64,000 nt of DNA from an uncultured Arcobacteraceae bacterium (GCA_964022095.1 CAXHZO010000003.1:32001-96000), one strand, 5' to 3'. Counted from the stretch's first letter, positions 1 to 10,099 are shown. The notes: generated from the sequence alone by a model not told the origin. Program-made: numbers and translations.

Positions 1-273
1 TACGAACTTGACATTTTGACGTCCTGTCATACTTCCCTGAAATCCACCTGCAAGACCCATTGGCCATGAAAATTTATTTTTACTTTTTATGATACCTTTG
101 TTTGGATAGTCTATTCCTCCAAGCATTCTTAGAAGTGTAGATTTTCCTGCTCCATTATCTCCTAGTATTGCTATACTTTTATGTGATGGAATAGTTAATG
201 TCACATCATTTAGTATGTATTTTTTCTCATTCTTTGTTTGATAATATTTGGTTGCATTTATAAGTTCTATCAT
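1..273 (-). CDS. kpsT: Capsular polysaccharide ABC exporter ATP-binding subunit (5' part only; runs off window)
   Basis: Not in ORF track. Manual translation from ATG at 273: MIELINATKYY...IAILGDNGAGKSTLLRMLGGIDYPNKG...SWPMGLAGGFQGSMTGRQNVKFV (Walker A, KpsT-like). ATGA overlap with the kpsM stop. Confidence 0.93.
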   Translation of the reverse strand, partial: MIELINATKYYQTKNEKKYILNDVTLTIPSHKSIAILGDNGAGKSTLLRMLGGIDYPNKGIIKSKNKFSWPMGLAGGFQGSMTGRQNVKFV

Positions 274-1043
274 GTACTTTGTATCTTTCTTTCAGATTTT
301 AAATAAAAATAAAGTCCTAAAAATAGTGGAATAATAGTCCAAAAAAACATGTACTCATAATCTACATAATCAGTATGAAGTACATCAATATAACTACCAT
401 GAACCAATTCTACAAAGTGTACTATTGGATTATATAGTATATATTCTCTTACGGCTGGTGGAAGCTGATCTACAGTATAAAAAAGTGCAGATAAAAATAA
501 CATAGGTGTAAAAATTAGGTTTATAATTTTTTTGAATGTCTCATAAAATGTTCCAATCACTGCAAAAAGTATCCCAAGAGCTGTTCCAAATAACATGAAC
601 CATAAGACTGCTATTATAACATTTAGTAAGTTGTCAGGAATAATATTTGAGTGAAAGTACCATCCAATGCTAAGAAAAAATAATGATATAAAAATAAATA
701 TTAAAAATTCAACTAGAACCCTAGCTAATATAGTATGTATAGGTCTAACTTGTACATATACAAATAGTGCTTGATTTGATTCAAAAGCATTCATAGCATT
801 CATAATGATATTTTTAAAAAGATTATATGTTATAAAACCTGTTGCTAAAAAAACAGAATAATCAATTCCTGGCATAGAAGATGTAAATAGAAAAATTTTA
901 ACAAGTAAGAAAACTGCAATTTGTACAGATGGCTCAACAATCGCCCAAAAATATCCCATCTTTCTCGAACCAAATCTTGTTTGAATTTCTCTTAAAAATA
1001 GGGCATAAACAACATTGAAAAAGTTACTTTTTACTTTTGTCAA
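270..1043 (-). CDS. kpsM: Capsular polysaccharide ABC exporter permease
   Basis: ALFLREIQTRFG..GYFWAIVEP and NPIVHFVEL ABC-2 membrane motifs; six hydrophobic segments; coupled to kpsT; TTG start. Confidence 0.92.
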   Translation of the reverse strand: MTKVKSNFFNVVYALFLREIQTRFGSRKMGYFWAIVEPSVQIAVFLLVKIFLFTSSMPGIDYSVFLATGFITYNLFKNIIMNAMNAFESNQALFVYVQVRPIHTILARVLVEFLIFIFISLFFLSIGWYFHSNIIPDNLLNVIIAVLWFMLFGTALGILFAVIGTFYETFKKIINLIFTPMLFLSALFYTVDQLPPAVREYILYNPIVHFVELVHGSYIDVLHTDYVDYEYMFFWTIIPLFLGLYFYLKSERKIQST

Positions 1044-1120
1044 AAATGTAGCCTTTACCTAAAAATAGTCATTTATTATACATAAAATAAAATATCTATT
1101 TACTTAATTGATATTTTATT

Positions 1121-2350
1121 TTAATCAAATTCCATTCTAACTTGTGTTTGTCCCGTTGTGCCAAACTCGTGATCTATTTGCGTCGCAATAGCTTTGAAGT
1201 CTATTCCTTGAACTTCTTTCATAGCTTTTATTATCTCTTTTTTCCCATTTACTAGCTCTTTTGATTTTATACCATGAGAGATAGATAAACTAGCTTCCAC
1301 AAAAGCTGATAGCTTATCACACTGTTTTAGTGCAAGGCCATCTATAGCATTGTATTTATCCGAGTTATATTTTGATACATCATCTACAACTTCTATTTTT
1401 CCATCTATGTTTATTTTATTTTCAAACTCTTCTTTTATACCATCATAAAGTCCAAGTATGTATGAAAATTCTTCATGTAGCGATTCAGGTACATTTGGCA
1501 TGATATCATCTTCGATTTTTTGTATCTCATATTCTGCTATTATCTCAGATAATTCATCCACACAGTATTTTACAGGAGTAATAATATCTCTTGTTAATGC
1601 TTCTGGTAGATCATGAAATAGGGCTGTGAAGAAGTTGTTTTGTAGTCTTTTATCACATGCATTTGCATCAATTGAGTAAAAATATCCAAAAATTGCAACT
1701 GTTAACATATGACCTAAAACAGATGTTTCAGGTACTCTTGGAGTTTGTGCCCATCTTTTTTGAAATCTTAATCTTCCACTTAAATCAATAACCTTTGCAA
1801 GCTTTTTATTAAGTGCAATTTTTCTCACCCCAATTAATTCATAGTAATCCTCAATCTCTTCTTCAACACTTTTTTTAACATCTTCTATATCACTTAAAAA
1901 TGCACTAGTTTGATATACGATTGAAAACTCCCATTTAGTTGAAAGATAAGATGCTGCTTTTAAAACAAATCGCTCTTTTTTGTATATTTCTGGATTGTTT
2001 AAATAGTCTTCAAATTTTTGTAAGAAATTGCCATTATCTATATCTTCAAGTGATGGTTTTAGTTTTGAAATAACCCATGAGTTTATCTCTTTTGATTTTT
2101 TTTGTAATGCTTTTCTAAATACATCAGGTCTAATATCTGTTACGACTACGCGTCTTAAAAACTCAAAAATACCAGCTTCTATTAAGTGTGTATAGTTTAT
2201 ATCATCTTCAAGTTTTGCAATAAAATATGCAATGATAAATTTATGAGCTTGTTTATCAAGTTCTACTAGTTCAACCATTCTTGGATAGTCATTCCATCTT
2301 TGAATTGATGCACTTGAAAATATATAATCAATTATTCTGGGATTTATCAA
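1121..2350 (-). CDS. Tandem HD-domain protein (YfbR-like phosphohydrolase fold)
   Basis: C-terminal half has RW..ETSVLGH..ALFHDLPEALTRDI..CDKL; N-terminal half is a degenerate copy (IQRWN..QAH..TDIRP). TTG start. Confidence 0.75.
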   Translation of the reverse strand: MINPRIIDYIFSSASIQRWNDYPRMVELVELDKQAHKFIIAYFIAKLEDDINYTHLIEAGIFEFLRRVVVTDIRPDVFRKALQKKSKEINSWVISKLKPSLEDIDNGNFLQKFEDYLNNPEIYKKERFVLKAASYLSTKWEFSIVYQTSAFLSDIEDVKKSVEEEIEDYYELIGVRKIALNKKLAKVIDLSGRLRFQKRWAQTPRVPETSVLGHMLTVAIFGYFYSIDANACDKRLQNNFFTALFHDLPEALTRDIITPVKYCVDELSEIIAEYEIQKIEDDIMPNVPESLHEEFSYILGLYDGIKEEFENKINIDGKIEVVDDVSKYNSDKYNAIDGLALKQCDKLSAFVEASLSISHGIKSKELVNGKKEIIKAMKEVQGIDFKAIATQIDHEFGTTGQTQVRMEFD

Positions 2351-2457
2351 TCTTTATCCTTTGTGTTTTTGTCATCTGAAAAAAACATCATTTTTTTACC
2401 TAACAACATAAGAGCTATTACAACAAACATCATCAAATATACTTGCCAATCTTCCAT
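2347..2457 (-). CDS. Small single-pass membrane protein, 36 aa
   Basis: Not in ORF track. MEDWQVYLMMFVVIALMLLGKKMMFFSDDKNTKDKD; AAGGAG RBS upstream; TGA stop overlaps the TTG start of the HD gene. Confidence 0.75.
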   Translation of the reverse strand: MEDWQVYLMMFVVIALMLLGKKMMFFSDDKNTKDKD

Positions 2458-2472
2458 AATAGCTCCTTTTGT

Positions 2473-2925
2473 TTATCTACAACTTCCCATTTTCCCTAAG
2501 GCATTGATTTTTTCAACTCTACCTTCATGTCTTCCACCTTCAAAAGATGATTTGTCCCATGATTCAATAATAGCTTCAACCATACCATATCCACTAACTC
2601 TCTCACCTAGACAAATTACATTTGCATCATTATGTTCTCTTGCCATTTTTGCAGAGTATTCATTGTGGCAAAGGGCTGCTCTAATTCCATCAAATTTATT
2701 TGCAGCCATACTCATACCAATTCCAGAACCACAGATTAAAATACCTTTGCTTCCTTCATTTTCTAATACACTTTCGCAAACTTTTGCTGCAAAATCTGGA
2801 TAATCAACTCTATCTTTTGTATTTGGTCCTAAATCTATTACTTCATGACCTCTTGCTTCAAATAACTCTTTTACATAAGCTTTTATATCAATACCAGCGT
2901 GATCTGCTCCAATAAAATATTTCAT
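2473..2925 (-). CDS. rpiB: Ribose-5-phosphate isomerase B
   Basis: GADHAG, DYPD, CGSGIGMS, HNDAN, FEGGRH motifs. Confidence 0.97.
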   Translation of the reverse strand: MKYFIGADHAGIDIKAYVKELFEARGHEVIDLGPNTKDRVDYPDFAAKVCESVLENEGSKGILICGSGIGMSMAANKFDGIRAALCHNEYSAKMAREHNDANVICLGERVSGYGMVEAIIESWDKSSFEGGRHEGRVEKINALGKMGSCR

Positions 2926-3710
2926 TAATAAATCCCTTTTTCATGATTAATTTCTAGATCTTTATCTTTTATATCTTCTTCTAAAGATTCAACTGTTTTT
3001 AAAACTCTATCCCATCTAATTTCATAATTGTCATCAATTGAGAAGTATACTATCCAAGGTGTTCCAACAACATATTTATATGGAACAGTTCCCCAAAATC
3101 TTGAGTCATTTGAGTGATCTCTATTATCACCCATCATAAATGTTTCATCTTCAGGGATTCTTATCGGCATCATATCAAATAGTTCAATTGGATTCAATCC
3201 ATTTTTTGTAACTGATGGGTCATTATGAATTCCTGGATGATCTTTCTTATATGGATCAACTACCCATAATCTATCTTCTATTTCTATAATATTTTCTTTT
3301 GGATAGTTTGCTTTTACATAATCATTTCCCTCAACTGGATGTAAAAGTAAATGTTTATCTTTAAGTGCAACTAAATCTCCACCAGTTGCTACTGCTCTTT
3401 TTACATAGTGAATAGCTTCATTTTTTGGATATCTAAATACTACGATATCTCCTCTTTTTGGTCTATCACCTTCTATTAAGTGTCCATTATCATTAAAATC
3501 AGGTAATACTTTAACTTCAAGCCAAGGAAGTCTTGGTGTTGGAATACCATAAGTGAATTTTTTTACAAAAAGCATATCACCTATTAAAAGTGTATTTTTC
3601 ATACTTCCACTAGGAATAACAAAAGCTTGAGCTATAAAAAATATAATACCAAGTACAATTACAATTGTACCTGTCCAAGATGACGACCATCTATATAGTT
3701 TATTTAACAT
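2925..3710 (-). CDS. lepB: Signal peptidase I
   Basis: IPSGSM catalytic Ser, YVKR catalytic Lys, GDNRDHSNDSRFWG. Confidence 0.97.
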   Translation of the reverse strand: MLNKLYRWSSSWTGTIVIVLGIIFFIAQAFVIPSGSMKNTLLIGDMLFVKKFTYGIPTPRLPWLEVKVLPDFNDNGHLIEGDRPKRGDIVVFRYPKNEAIHYVKRAVATGGDLVALKDKHLLLHPVEGNDYVKANYPKENIIEIEDRLWVVDPYKKDHPGIHNDPSVTKNGLNPIELFDMMPIRIPEDETFMMGDNRDHSNDSRFWGTVPYKYVVGTPWIVYFSIDDNYEIRWDRVLKTVESLEEDIKDKDLEINHEKGIY

Positions 3711-4571
3711 CTATTTTGATTCTCTTTTCTCTCTTAGTTTTGCAGCTTTGACTGTATTTTTTAATAACATTGCAATAGTCATTGGTCCAACTCCACCTGG
3801 AACAGGTGTTATATGTGAACATTTGTCTTTACAATCTTCAAAATCTGCATCACCAGTTAATTTTCCAGTATCAAGTCTATTAATACCAACATCAATAACT
3901 ATAGCACCATCTTTTATCATGTCACCTTTTAAAAGATGAGGAACACCAACAGCTACAATTACAATATCAGCAGATTTTGTAAAAAATGTTAAATCTTTTG
4001 TTCTACTATTACAAACACTTACTGTAGCTTTTGCATTAGTTAAAAGTGAAGCCATTGGTTTCCCAACAATATCACTACTTCCAATTACACAAACATTTTT
4101 ACCACTTACTTCTATTCCATAATCTTCAAACATCCTCATTACTCCAAAAGGAGTTGCAGGTAAAAACGAATCAAGATTTGAAACCATTCTCCCTACATTG
4201 TATGGATGGAATCCATCAACATCTTTAAGTGGATCGATTGCTTCAAGTACAGTAGTTGTATCAATATGTTTTGGTAATGGTAGTTGAACTAAAATACCAT
4301 CAAGTTTTGGATTTTTGTTCATCATAGCAATTGTGTCCAATAACTCTTCTTGAGTAATTGATTCAGGCATTTCATGAACAACAGAATAAATTCCTGCATT
4401 TTTACAAGATTTTGCTTTACTTGCCACATATGTAGCACTTGCTGCGTCATTTCCTACTAGTATAACTGCTAGGCCTGGAGTTATTTTTTCTGATTCTACA
4501 AGTTGAGATACTTCAACTTTAACCTCTTCTTTTATTTTGTTTGATAATGCTTTTCCATCTAAAAGTGTCAT
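3711..4571 (-). CDS. folD: Methylenetetrahydrofolate dehydrogenase/cyclohydrolase
   Basis: GILVQLPLP, KDVDGFHP, TPVPGGVGPMT. Confidence 0.98.
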   Translation of the reverse strand: MTLLDGKALSNKIKEEVKVEVSQLVESEKITPGLAVILVGNDAASATYVASKAKSCKNAGIYSVVHEMPESITQEELLDTIAMMNKNPKLDGILVQLPLPKHIDTTTVLEAIDPLKDVDGFHPYNVGRMVSNLDSFLPATPFGVMRMFEDYGIEVSGKNVCVIGSSDIVGKPMASLLTNAKATVSVCNSRTKDLTFFTKSADIVIVAVGVPHLLKGDMIKDGAIVIDVGINRLDTGKLTGDADFEDCKDKCSHITPVPGGVGPMTIAMLLKNTVKAAKLREKRESK

Positions 4572-4727
4572 AGGGTATTACCTTATTTTAAAGTTTTATT
4601 AAGGCAAATATAATAGCAAAAAACCAATTAATAAAAGTTAAATAAGAGTTTAATTAAAACTTAAACAAACATTTAGGTAGTTTTCTGTAAAATCGCGCTT
4701 CACAAATTAAAAACAAAGGATATGTTT

Positions 4728-5264
4728 ATGTTAGAGGGTATCGTTAGAGATAGTATGACAAAACAAGCAACTAAGACTTTAAGAAGAGAAGGTTACTTAA
4801 TTGCAAACATTTATGGTAAAGGTTTAGAAAATATTTCTGCTGCATTTAAAAGCAATGAATTTATTAAATTCATGAGAAATAAAGAGACTTTAGCATTTGA
4901 TGTAAAAGTAGGTGATAACACACTTAAAGTAGTAGTACAAGAGTATCAAAAATGTCCATTAACTTCAGATTTATTACATGTTGATTTAATGGTAGCACAA
5001 CCAGGTGTTAGAACTTCTTATAGAGTTCCTGTTAAAACTACTGGTCTTGCTAAAGGTATTAAAAACAAAGGTCTTTTAATTGTTAATCACAACAGAATTA
5101 CAGTTAAATGTACTTTAGAAAACTTACCAGAAAGCTACACTTTAGATGTAACTGAGTTAGATACTGGTGATAATATCTTAATTAGAGATATCGACTTCCC
5201 AGAAGGTGTTGATTGTTATTTAGACCCAAGAGTACCAGTTGTTGGTATAATTAAAGCTAAATAA
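4728..5264 (+). CDS. rplY: 50S ribosomal protein L25/Ctc
   Basis: ANIYGKG, HVDLM; adjacent to pth. Second ATG chosen on AAGGA spacing. TAAAAT -10 at 4688-4693 followed by GC-rich CGCGC. Confidence 0.95.
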   Translation: MLEGIVRDSMTKQATKTLRREGYLIANIYGKGLENISAAFKSNEFIKFMRNKETLAFDVKVGDNTLKVVVQEYQKCPLTSDLLHVDLMVAQPGVRTSYRVPVKTTGLAKGIKNKGLLIVNHNRITVKCTLENLPESYTLDVTELDTGDNILIRDIDFPEGVDCYLDPRVPVVGIIKAK

Positions 5265-5274
5265 TTTTAATACT

Positions 5275-5826
5275 ATGCATTTAATCGTTGGTCTTGGTAA
5301 TATTGGTGAAAAATACGAATTAACAAGACACAACGTAGGATTTATGGTTATCGATGAGATGACCAAAAATCTTACTACTTCAAATATAAATAACTCAAAT
5401 TTTAATTCAACACTTTTAAAATCAGCTTATAGCCTTTTTTCTAAACCCACTACATATATGAATAATTCTGGATTAGCAGTTAATTCTATAAAAGATTATT
5501 ATAAAATCGAAAATGAAGACATAATTGTAATTCATGATGATTTAGATTTGCCATTTGGAACTGTAAAATTCAAAATCGGTGGAGGTCATGGAGGTCATAA
5601 TGGTCTTAGATCACTTGATGCACATATTGGAAAAGATTATATAAGAGTTAGAATTGGTATTGGAAAACCTCAAGATAAGTCTCAAGTTGCAAATTATGTA
5701 TTAAGTAACTTTTCAAAAGAAGAATTAAATAAACTAGAAGATATAATACCTCATACTATAAAAGCGATAGAATCACTAAAAAGTGAAGAAATCGATCAAG
5801 TAAAATCAAAATTTACATTGAAATAA
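5275..5826 (+). CDS. pth: Peptidyl-tRNA hydrolase
   Basis: LIVGLGN, TRHNVGF, HDDLDL, GGHNGLRS. Confidence 0.98.
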   Translation: MHLIVGLGNIGEKYELTRHNVGFMVIDEMTKNLTTSNINNSNFNSTLLKSAYSLFSKPTTYMNNSGLAVNSIKDYYKIENEDIIVIHDDLDLPFGTVKFKIGGGHGGHNGLRSLDAHIGKDYIRVRIGIGKPQDKSQVANYVLSNFSKEELNKLEDIIPHTIKAIESLKSEEIDQVKSKFTLK

Positions 5827-5829
5827 AAG

Positions 5830-6897
5830 ATGAGAATACTAACAAAATATATTTTAAAGAAATACTTACAAAACTTTTTTATTGTTTTAATCTCTTTAGA
5901 ACTATTTTTCGTTGGAATAGATTTTTTACAAAACTTTAAAGACTTACCAAACTCTGCAAATTTACAATTGTTATATGTTTTATATAATGGTTTTTTTACG
6001 TTAACTTTGGCCTTGCCTTTATCTATTGTATTTGGCTGGATTATTACATTAGTATTATTTGTTAGAAGTAACGAACTTGTAGCTTTTAATGCAGTTGGAG
6101 CAAATTTAAAGGATATCTATTCTCCAGTAGTTAAAATCTCAATAGCCCTTTTAACACTACTTATTGTGATGCAATTAACACCTCTTGCTTATTCATATGA
6201 TCAAAAGAAAAAAATACTTGATAATGAATATTTTACTAGTACAAAAAGTGATATTTTTTTAAAATATAATGACTATTATGTATATTTTAAAAAGTTATTG
6301 CCTTTAGAAAAAAAAGCAGAAAAAATACATATTTTCAAAGTAGAGCAGGGTGATGTAGTACAAACAATTATTGCAAAAAATGCATATTTTCAAAATAACA
6401 AATGGTATGTGGTAGATGCAAAAATTGTAACAAAACCAAAAGAGTTGAATTTTTCATCTTCAAAACTTGAAATAAGAAATGAAAAGTTCTTAAATACTTT
6501 AGAAGGATTTAAACCAAAAATTCTAGATAATGTTTATGAATCTAAATCAAACTTTTCAGTAATAGATGCAATTTCAGCTTTAGTTCTTTTATCTAATCAA
6601 GGAATTAATACAGATAAAATTAGAGGTATTTTATATAATCAATTAGTAGTTACATACTTTGTTATTCCTCTTTTAATGCTTATTTTTGCATATGCAACAC
6701 TGAATAGTAGATTTTTTAATATGGGTCAATTTGTTTCCTTAAGTGTTTTTGGAACACTAATTGTTTGGGGAGTATTTTTTATGCTTTACAAATTTACTAG
6801 TGGAGGAATAATATTGCCTGAAGTCTCTATTTTACTACCAATGATTATTTGGATTATAGGTTCATTATTCTTTTATAATAGAAAAATAAACTCTTAA
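5830..6897 (+). CDS. LptF/LptG family LPS export permease
   Basis: 3 TM + periplasmic domain + 3 TM; RSNELVA motif. Confidence 0.88.
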   Translation: MRILTKYILKKYLQNFFIVLISLELFFVGIDFLQNFKDLPNSANLQLLYVLYNGFFTLTLALPLSIVFGWIITLVLFVRSNELVAFNAVGANLKDIYSPVVKISIALLTLLIVMQLTPLAYSYDQKKKILDNEYFTSTKSDIFLKYNDYYVYFKKLLPLEKKAEKIHIFKVEQGDVVQTIIAKNAYFQNNKWYVVDAKIVTKPKELNFSSSKLEIRNEKFLNTLEGFKPKILDNVYESKSNFSVIDAISALVLLSNQGINTDKIRGILYNQLVVTYFVIPLLMLIFAYATLNSRFFNMGQFVSLSVFGTLIVWGVFFMLYKFTSGGIILPEVSILLPMIIWIIGSLFFYNRKINS

Positions 6898-6909
6898 GGT
6901 TAAATATAT

Positions 6910-7356
6910 ATGAAATCACATGAAAAAGCATATGGAGTAGTTCCTTATTTAGATTTAGAAGGTGAAATTAAAATTCTTCTATGTAAATCTGTTGCTAGTA
7001 AAAACAAGTGGGGATGTTTAAAAGGTAGCAAAGAAAAGAATGAAACCGCATATGAATGTGCTCAAAGAGAGTTTTATGAGGAGAGTTCAATAGCTGTTGA
7101 TATTGCATTATTTGAAGACTATTTTGAACAAATCAATCTAAATAAAGATATTGGTGTTTGGTTAGTAAATGCTCATAATATTGAAGGCTTAGAAGAGTTC
7201 TTTTTAGAAGATAAACTAAAAAGTAACTATCTTTCATGGGAAAACTCAAAAGTGAAGTTTTTTTCACTTGATGAGTTACCTGTAATTAAGAAAAAACAGA
7301 TTAAATTAGTTGATCAAATTAAGGATTTTTTGAAAAGTAAGAGTCTACACCATTAG
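6910..7356 (+). CDS. NUDIX hydrolase
   Basis: Nudix box G-SKEKN-E-TAYECAQ-REFYEES. Confidence 0.88.
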   Translation: MKSHEKAYGVVPYLDLEGEIKILLCKSVASKNKWGCLKGSKEKNETAYECAQREFYEESSIAVDIALFEDYFEQINLNKDIGVWLVNAHNIEGLEEFFLEDKLKSNYLSWENSKVKFFSLDELPVIKKKQIKLVDQIKDFLKSKSLHH

Positions 7357-9007
7357 CAATACCATTTGCTAATAATTTTTGATAACTACTAGTATATAAT
7401 CTTTTACTCTCAACTGGATGTGACATATATCCAAGCTCGATTAATATCGATGGCATTTGAGCACCCACTAAAACCCAAAATGGTCCTTCTCTAACTCCTG
7501 AATCTTTCACATCTTTATATTTTTTGTGGGCAAACTGTAAAAGTCCTGATTGAACATCAATTGCTAATTTATGAGAAGCAGTGATTCTTGGTCTATTTAA
7601 TGATTCTAAAAATGCACTTTTAGTTGATGAACTCATTTTATTGATATCTTGTTTGTTTTCAATTGCTGCAACTCTTTTGGCCCTCTCACTTCTAGCTGGG
7701 CTTAAAAAGAAAGTCTCTATTCCTTGAATTTTATTAGCTTTTGATTTAGGTACAGAATTAGCATGAATTGAGATAAATATATCAGCATTTTTTCTATTAG
7801 CTAATTTTGTTCTATTTCTAACTTTGATAAATGTGTCTTTATATCTTGTTAAATATACCTTATGGCCTCTTTGTTTTAACATTGAGTATAAGTATTTTGC
7901 TACTTTTAGTGTTACAACTTTTTCATATCTTTTATTTGGACCAACAGCACCTGCATCATGTGCTCCATGCCCAGCATCAATTACAATTGTTCTTGGTCTA
8001 AAATTATCATAGGGAAGTTTCTTTTTTTCTTTTTCATTAACTGTAATTGTAAGAAGTTTACCACTAAGACTGTACTTTACATCAGTTTTATTAGTATTTC
8101 TAACTTTTATTCTAACAGCTGTTTTTGCATAATCAGTTACTATTACTCTATCGATGTCATCAACTTTTATCACTGTAGGTTTTGTATGTGCAAACTTACC
8201 TTTTATATCAAAAACATTTTCATAGTTCTTACCATATTTATAGGCTTTGTATTTAATATTTTTTAGAGTTGGAGTTTTATTAAATCTTACATATATTTTA
8301 TTATTTGATGCTGTAATTGTTCTTATTTCATTTTTCTTATCAACATAAGGATTTCCCTTTTCTTCTTGCTCTAAGAACTTTTTTTGAACATCTTTTACAC
8401 TAATAACAATTTGTTTGTCATTTATTTCATAGCTTGTACTTAGGTTTTTTTTATCAGAAAAAACTATTCTTAATACATTTGGCTTAAACTGACCTATAGT
8501 GATTTTACCAACACCATTCATTGTAAGTTTAGTTGGCGCTGCATCTTTAAAATAACCATTTATATCAAATACATCTTTAACTAATGGTTTTTGTTTTAGT
8601 TCAAAAAACTTTATATCATCTTTTGTTACATCAACATTAAAGTCAACTATTACTTTATTACCTTGTGTATAAACAGATTCTATAGCATATTTTACATCTG
8701 GTTCATTTGATGATTTTGTTTTTTTACTGATAGTTTTTTTTGTAATAACTTTTGTTGTTTTTGAAATCTTATTCTCACGATTTAATAAAATTTCTAGTTT
8801 TTTCTTATCTGGAGTTATATCTTTGTTTAGCTTTTCACCTAAAACAATAAGTTTTTTAAGTTCTTTGATTTTTGTATCATTGTCTTTTTTAAGAACAGCC
8901 TTTAAGTATTCCATTCGGGCTGTTCTATAATCATCTTTTATAGATGCATAAGTAGATGATGCAAATATAAATACAAGAAGGATTAAGAGGAAAAAATTTC
9001 TAAAAAT
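7319..9007 (-). CDS. amiA: N-acetylmuramoyl-L-alanine amidase (Amidase_3, preceded by two AMIN-like repeats)
   Basis: IDAGHG, SIHANS, ILIELGY motifs. Frame is open 31 codons upstream of the ATG at 8914 and encodes a signal peptide starting at ATT 9007 (start tentative). Confidence 0.9.
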   Translation of the reverse strand: MFRNFFLLILLVFIFASSTYASIKDDYRTARMEYLKAVLKKDNDTKIKELKKLIVLGEKLNKDITPDKKKLEILLNRENKISKTTKVITKKTISKKTKSSNEPDVKYAIESVYTQGNKVIVDFNVDVTKDDIKFFELKQKPLVKDVFDINGYFKDAAPTKLTMNGVGKITIGQFKPNVLRIVFSDKKNLSTSYEINDKQIVISVKDVQKKFLEQEEKGNPYVDKKNEIRTITASNNKIYVRFNKTPTLKNIKYKAYKYGKNYENVFDIKGKFAHTKPTVIKVDDIDRVIVTDYAKTAVRIKVRNTNKTDVKYSLSGKLLTITVNEKEKKKLPYDNFRPRTIVIDAGHGAHDAGAVGPNKRYEKVVTLKVAKYLYSMLKQRGHKVYLTRYKDTFIKVRNRTKLANRKNADIFISIHANSVPKSKANKIQGIETFFLSPARSERAKRVAAIENKQDINKMSSSTKSAFLESLNRPRITASHKLAIDVQSGLLQFAHKKYKDVKDSGVREGPFWVLVGAQMPSILIELGYMSHPVESKRLYTSSYQKLLANGIANGVDSYFSKNP

Positions 9008-9008
9008 T

Positions 9009-10088
9009 CTATTCTCCTTTAGTCAATTTTTCCATTAGTTCATGTACAGAAATAAGTTTGTTTATTCTATAACCATTTGCTCCAGTAAAGAATAGTCCTG
9101 TATCTTCATCACCATTATATGCAGCACCTAGTCTATCTGCAATACAATAACCAACAGCTTTTGCCTCTACTCCTCTATTACAAGGAGCAACACAGTTAGA
9201 AATACATTGTACTTTTGGTGCTGTATTATTTGCCATTGAAAAATGTAGCTTTGTTTTTACTGATCTTGCAGGTAATCCAACTGGTGACTTACCTAATTTT
9301 ATATCATCTTTTTCTGCATCAACTAGTACATTCTTTAGGTTTTCATGTGCATCACATTCAAATGTACCAATAAATCTTGTTGCCATTTGAACACCAGTAC
9401 AACCTAATTCTTGGAATTTTTCAATATCATTTTTATCCCATATACCACCAGCTGCAATAACAGGAATATCTCCCCATTTTTTAGCTTCTTCAATCACTGG
9501 TTCTACAATATTTTCTAATTGGAATTCTTCTTTAAAACAATCTTCATATTTGAATCCTTGGTGTCCACCACTTAAAGGACCTTCAACAATAACTGCATCT
9601 GGAATTTTGTCATATTTTTGCCATTTTTTACAAATTAATTTTAATGCTCTTGCACTTGATACAATTGGAACTAATGCTACATCTGGATGATCTTTTGTAA
9701 ACTCTGGCATATTTGTAGGAAGTCCAGCTCCAGTGATAATAATATCAACACCAGCTTCACATGCATCTTTTACAACTCTTCCGTAATCATTAATTGCATA
9801 TAAAATATTACAACCTAAAGGTGCATCACCACAAATTTTTCTTGCATTTGCAATAATTTCAAAAAGTGAGTCTCTATTATAAAAATTTGCTACATCTTTT
9901 GGCTTATCTTTTTTAGTGATAATTTGAACACTTTCACTTTTATTTCTATAGTAACCAGTACCAACTGCAGAAACTACACCAAGTCCACCTTCCTTACTTA
10001 CGTTTCCAGCTAATTGGTCCCAACTTATACCAACACCCATACCACCTTGAATGATTGGGTGCTTAATTTCATACTTTCCTATTTTCAA
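9009..10088 (-). CDS. Nitronate monooxygenase / FabK-like flavin oxidoreductase (FabX-like)
   Basis: PIIQGGMGVG, GPLSGGHQG, IAAGGI and CISNCVAPC..YCIA cysteine cluster. Confidence 0.88.
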   Translation of the reverse strand: MKIGKYEIKHPIIQGGMGVGISWDQLAGNVSKEGGLGVVSAVGTGYYRNKSESVQIITKKDKPKDVANFYNRDSLFEIIANARKICGDAPLGCNILYAINDYGRVVKDACEAGVDIIITGAGLPTNMPEFTKDHPDVALVPIVSSARALKLICKKWQKYDKIPDAVIVEGPLSGGHQGFKYEDCFKEEFQLENIVEPVIEEAKKWGDIPVIAAGGIWDKNDIEKFQELGCTGVQMATRFIGTFECDAHENLKNVLVDAEKDDIKLGKSPVGLPARSVKTKLHFSMANNTAPKVQCISNCVAPCNRGVEAKAVGYCIADRLGAAYNGDEDTGLFFTGANGYRINKLISVHELMEKLTKGE

Positions 10089-10099
10089 AATTAGCCCTT

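Noticed and set aside
2363-2915. Plus-strand ORFs 2363-2803 and 2700-2915
   Set aside because: Antisense shadows of rpiB and the small ORF; no RBS or protein motifs.
7319-7356. 38-bp convergent overlap of NUDIX and amiA (also the 6-bp HDOD/recO overlap)
   Set aside because: Short tail-to-tail overlaps are common in compact AT-rich genomes.
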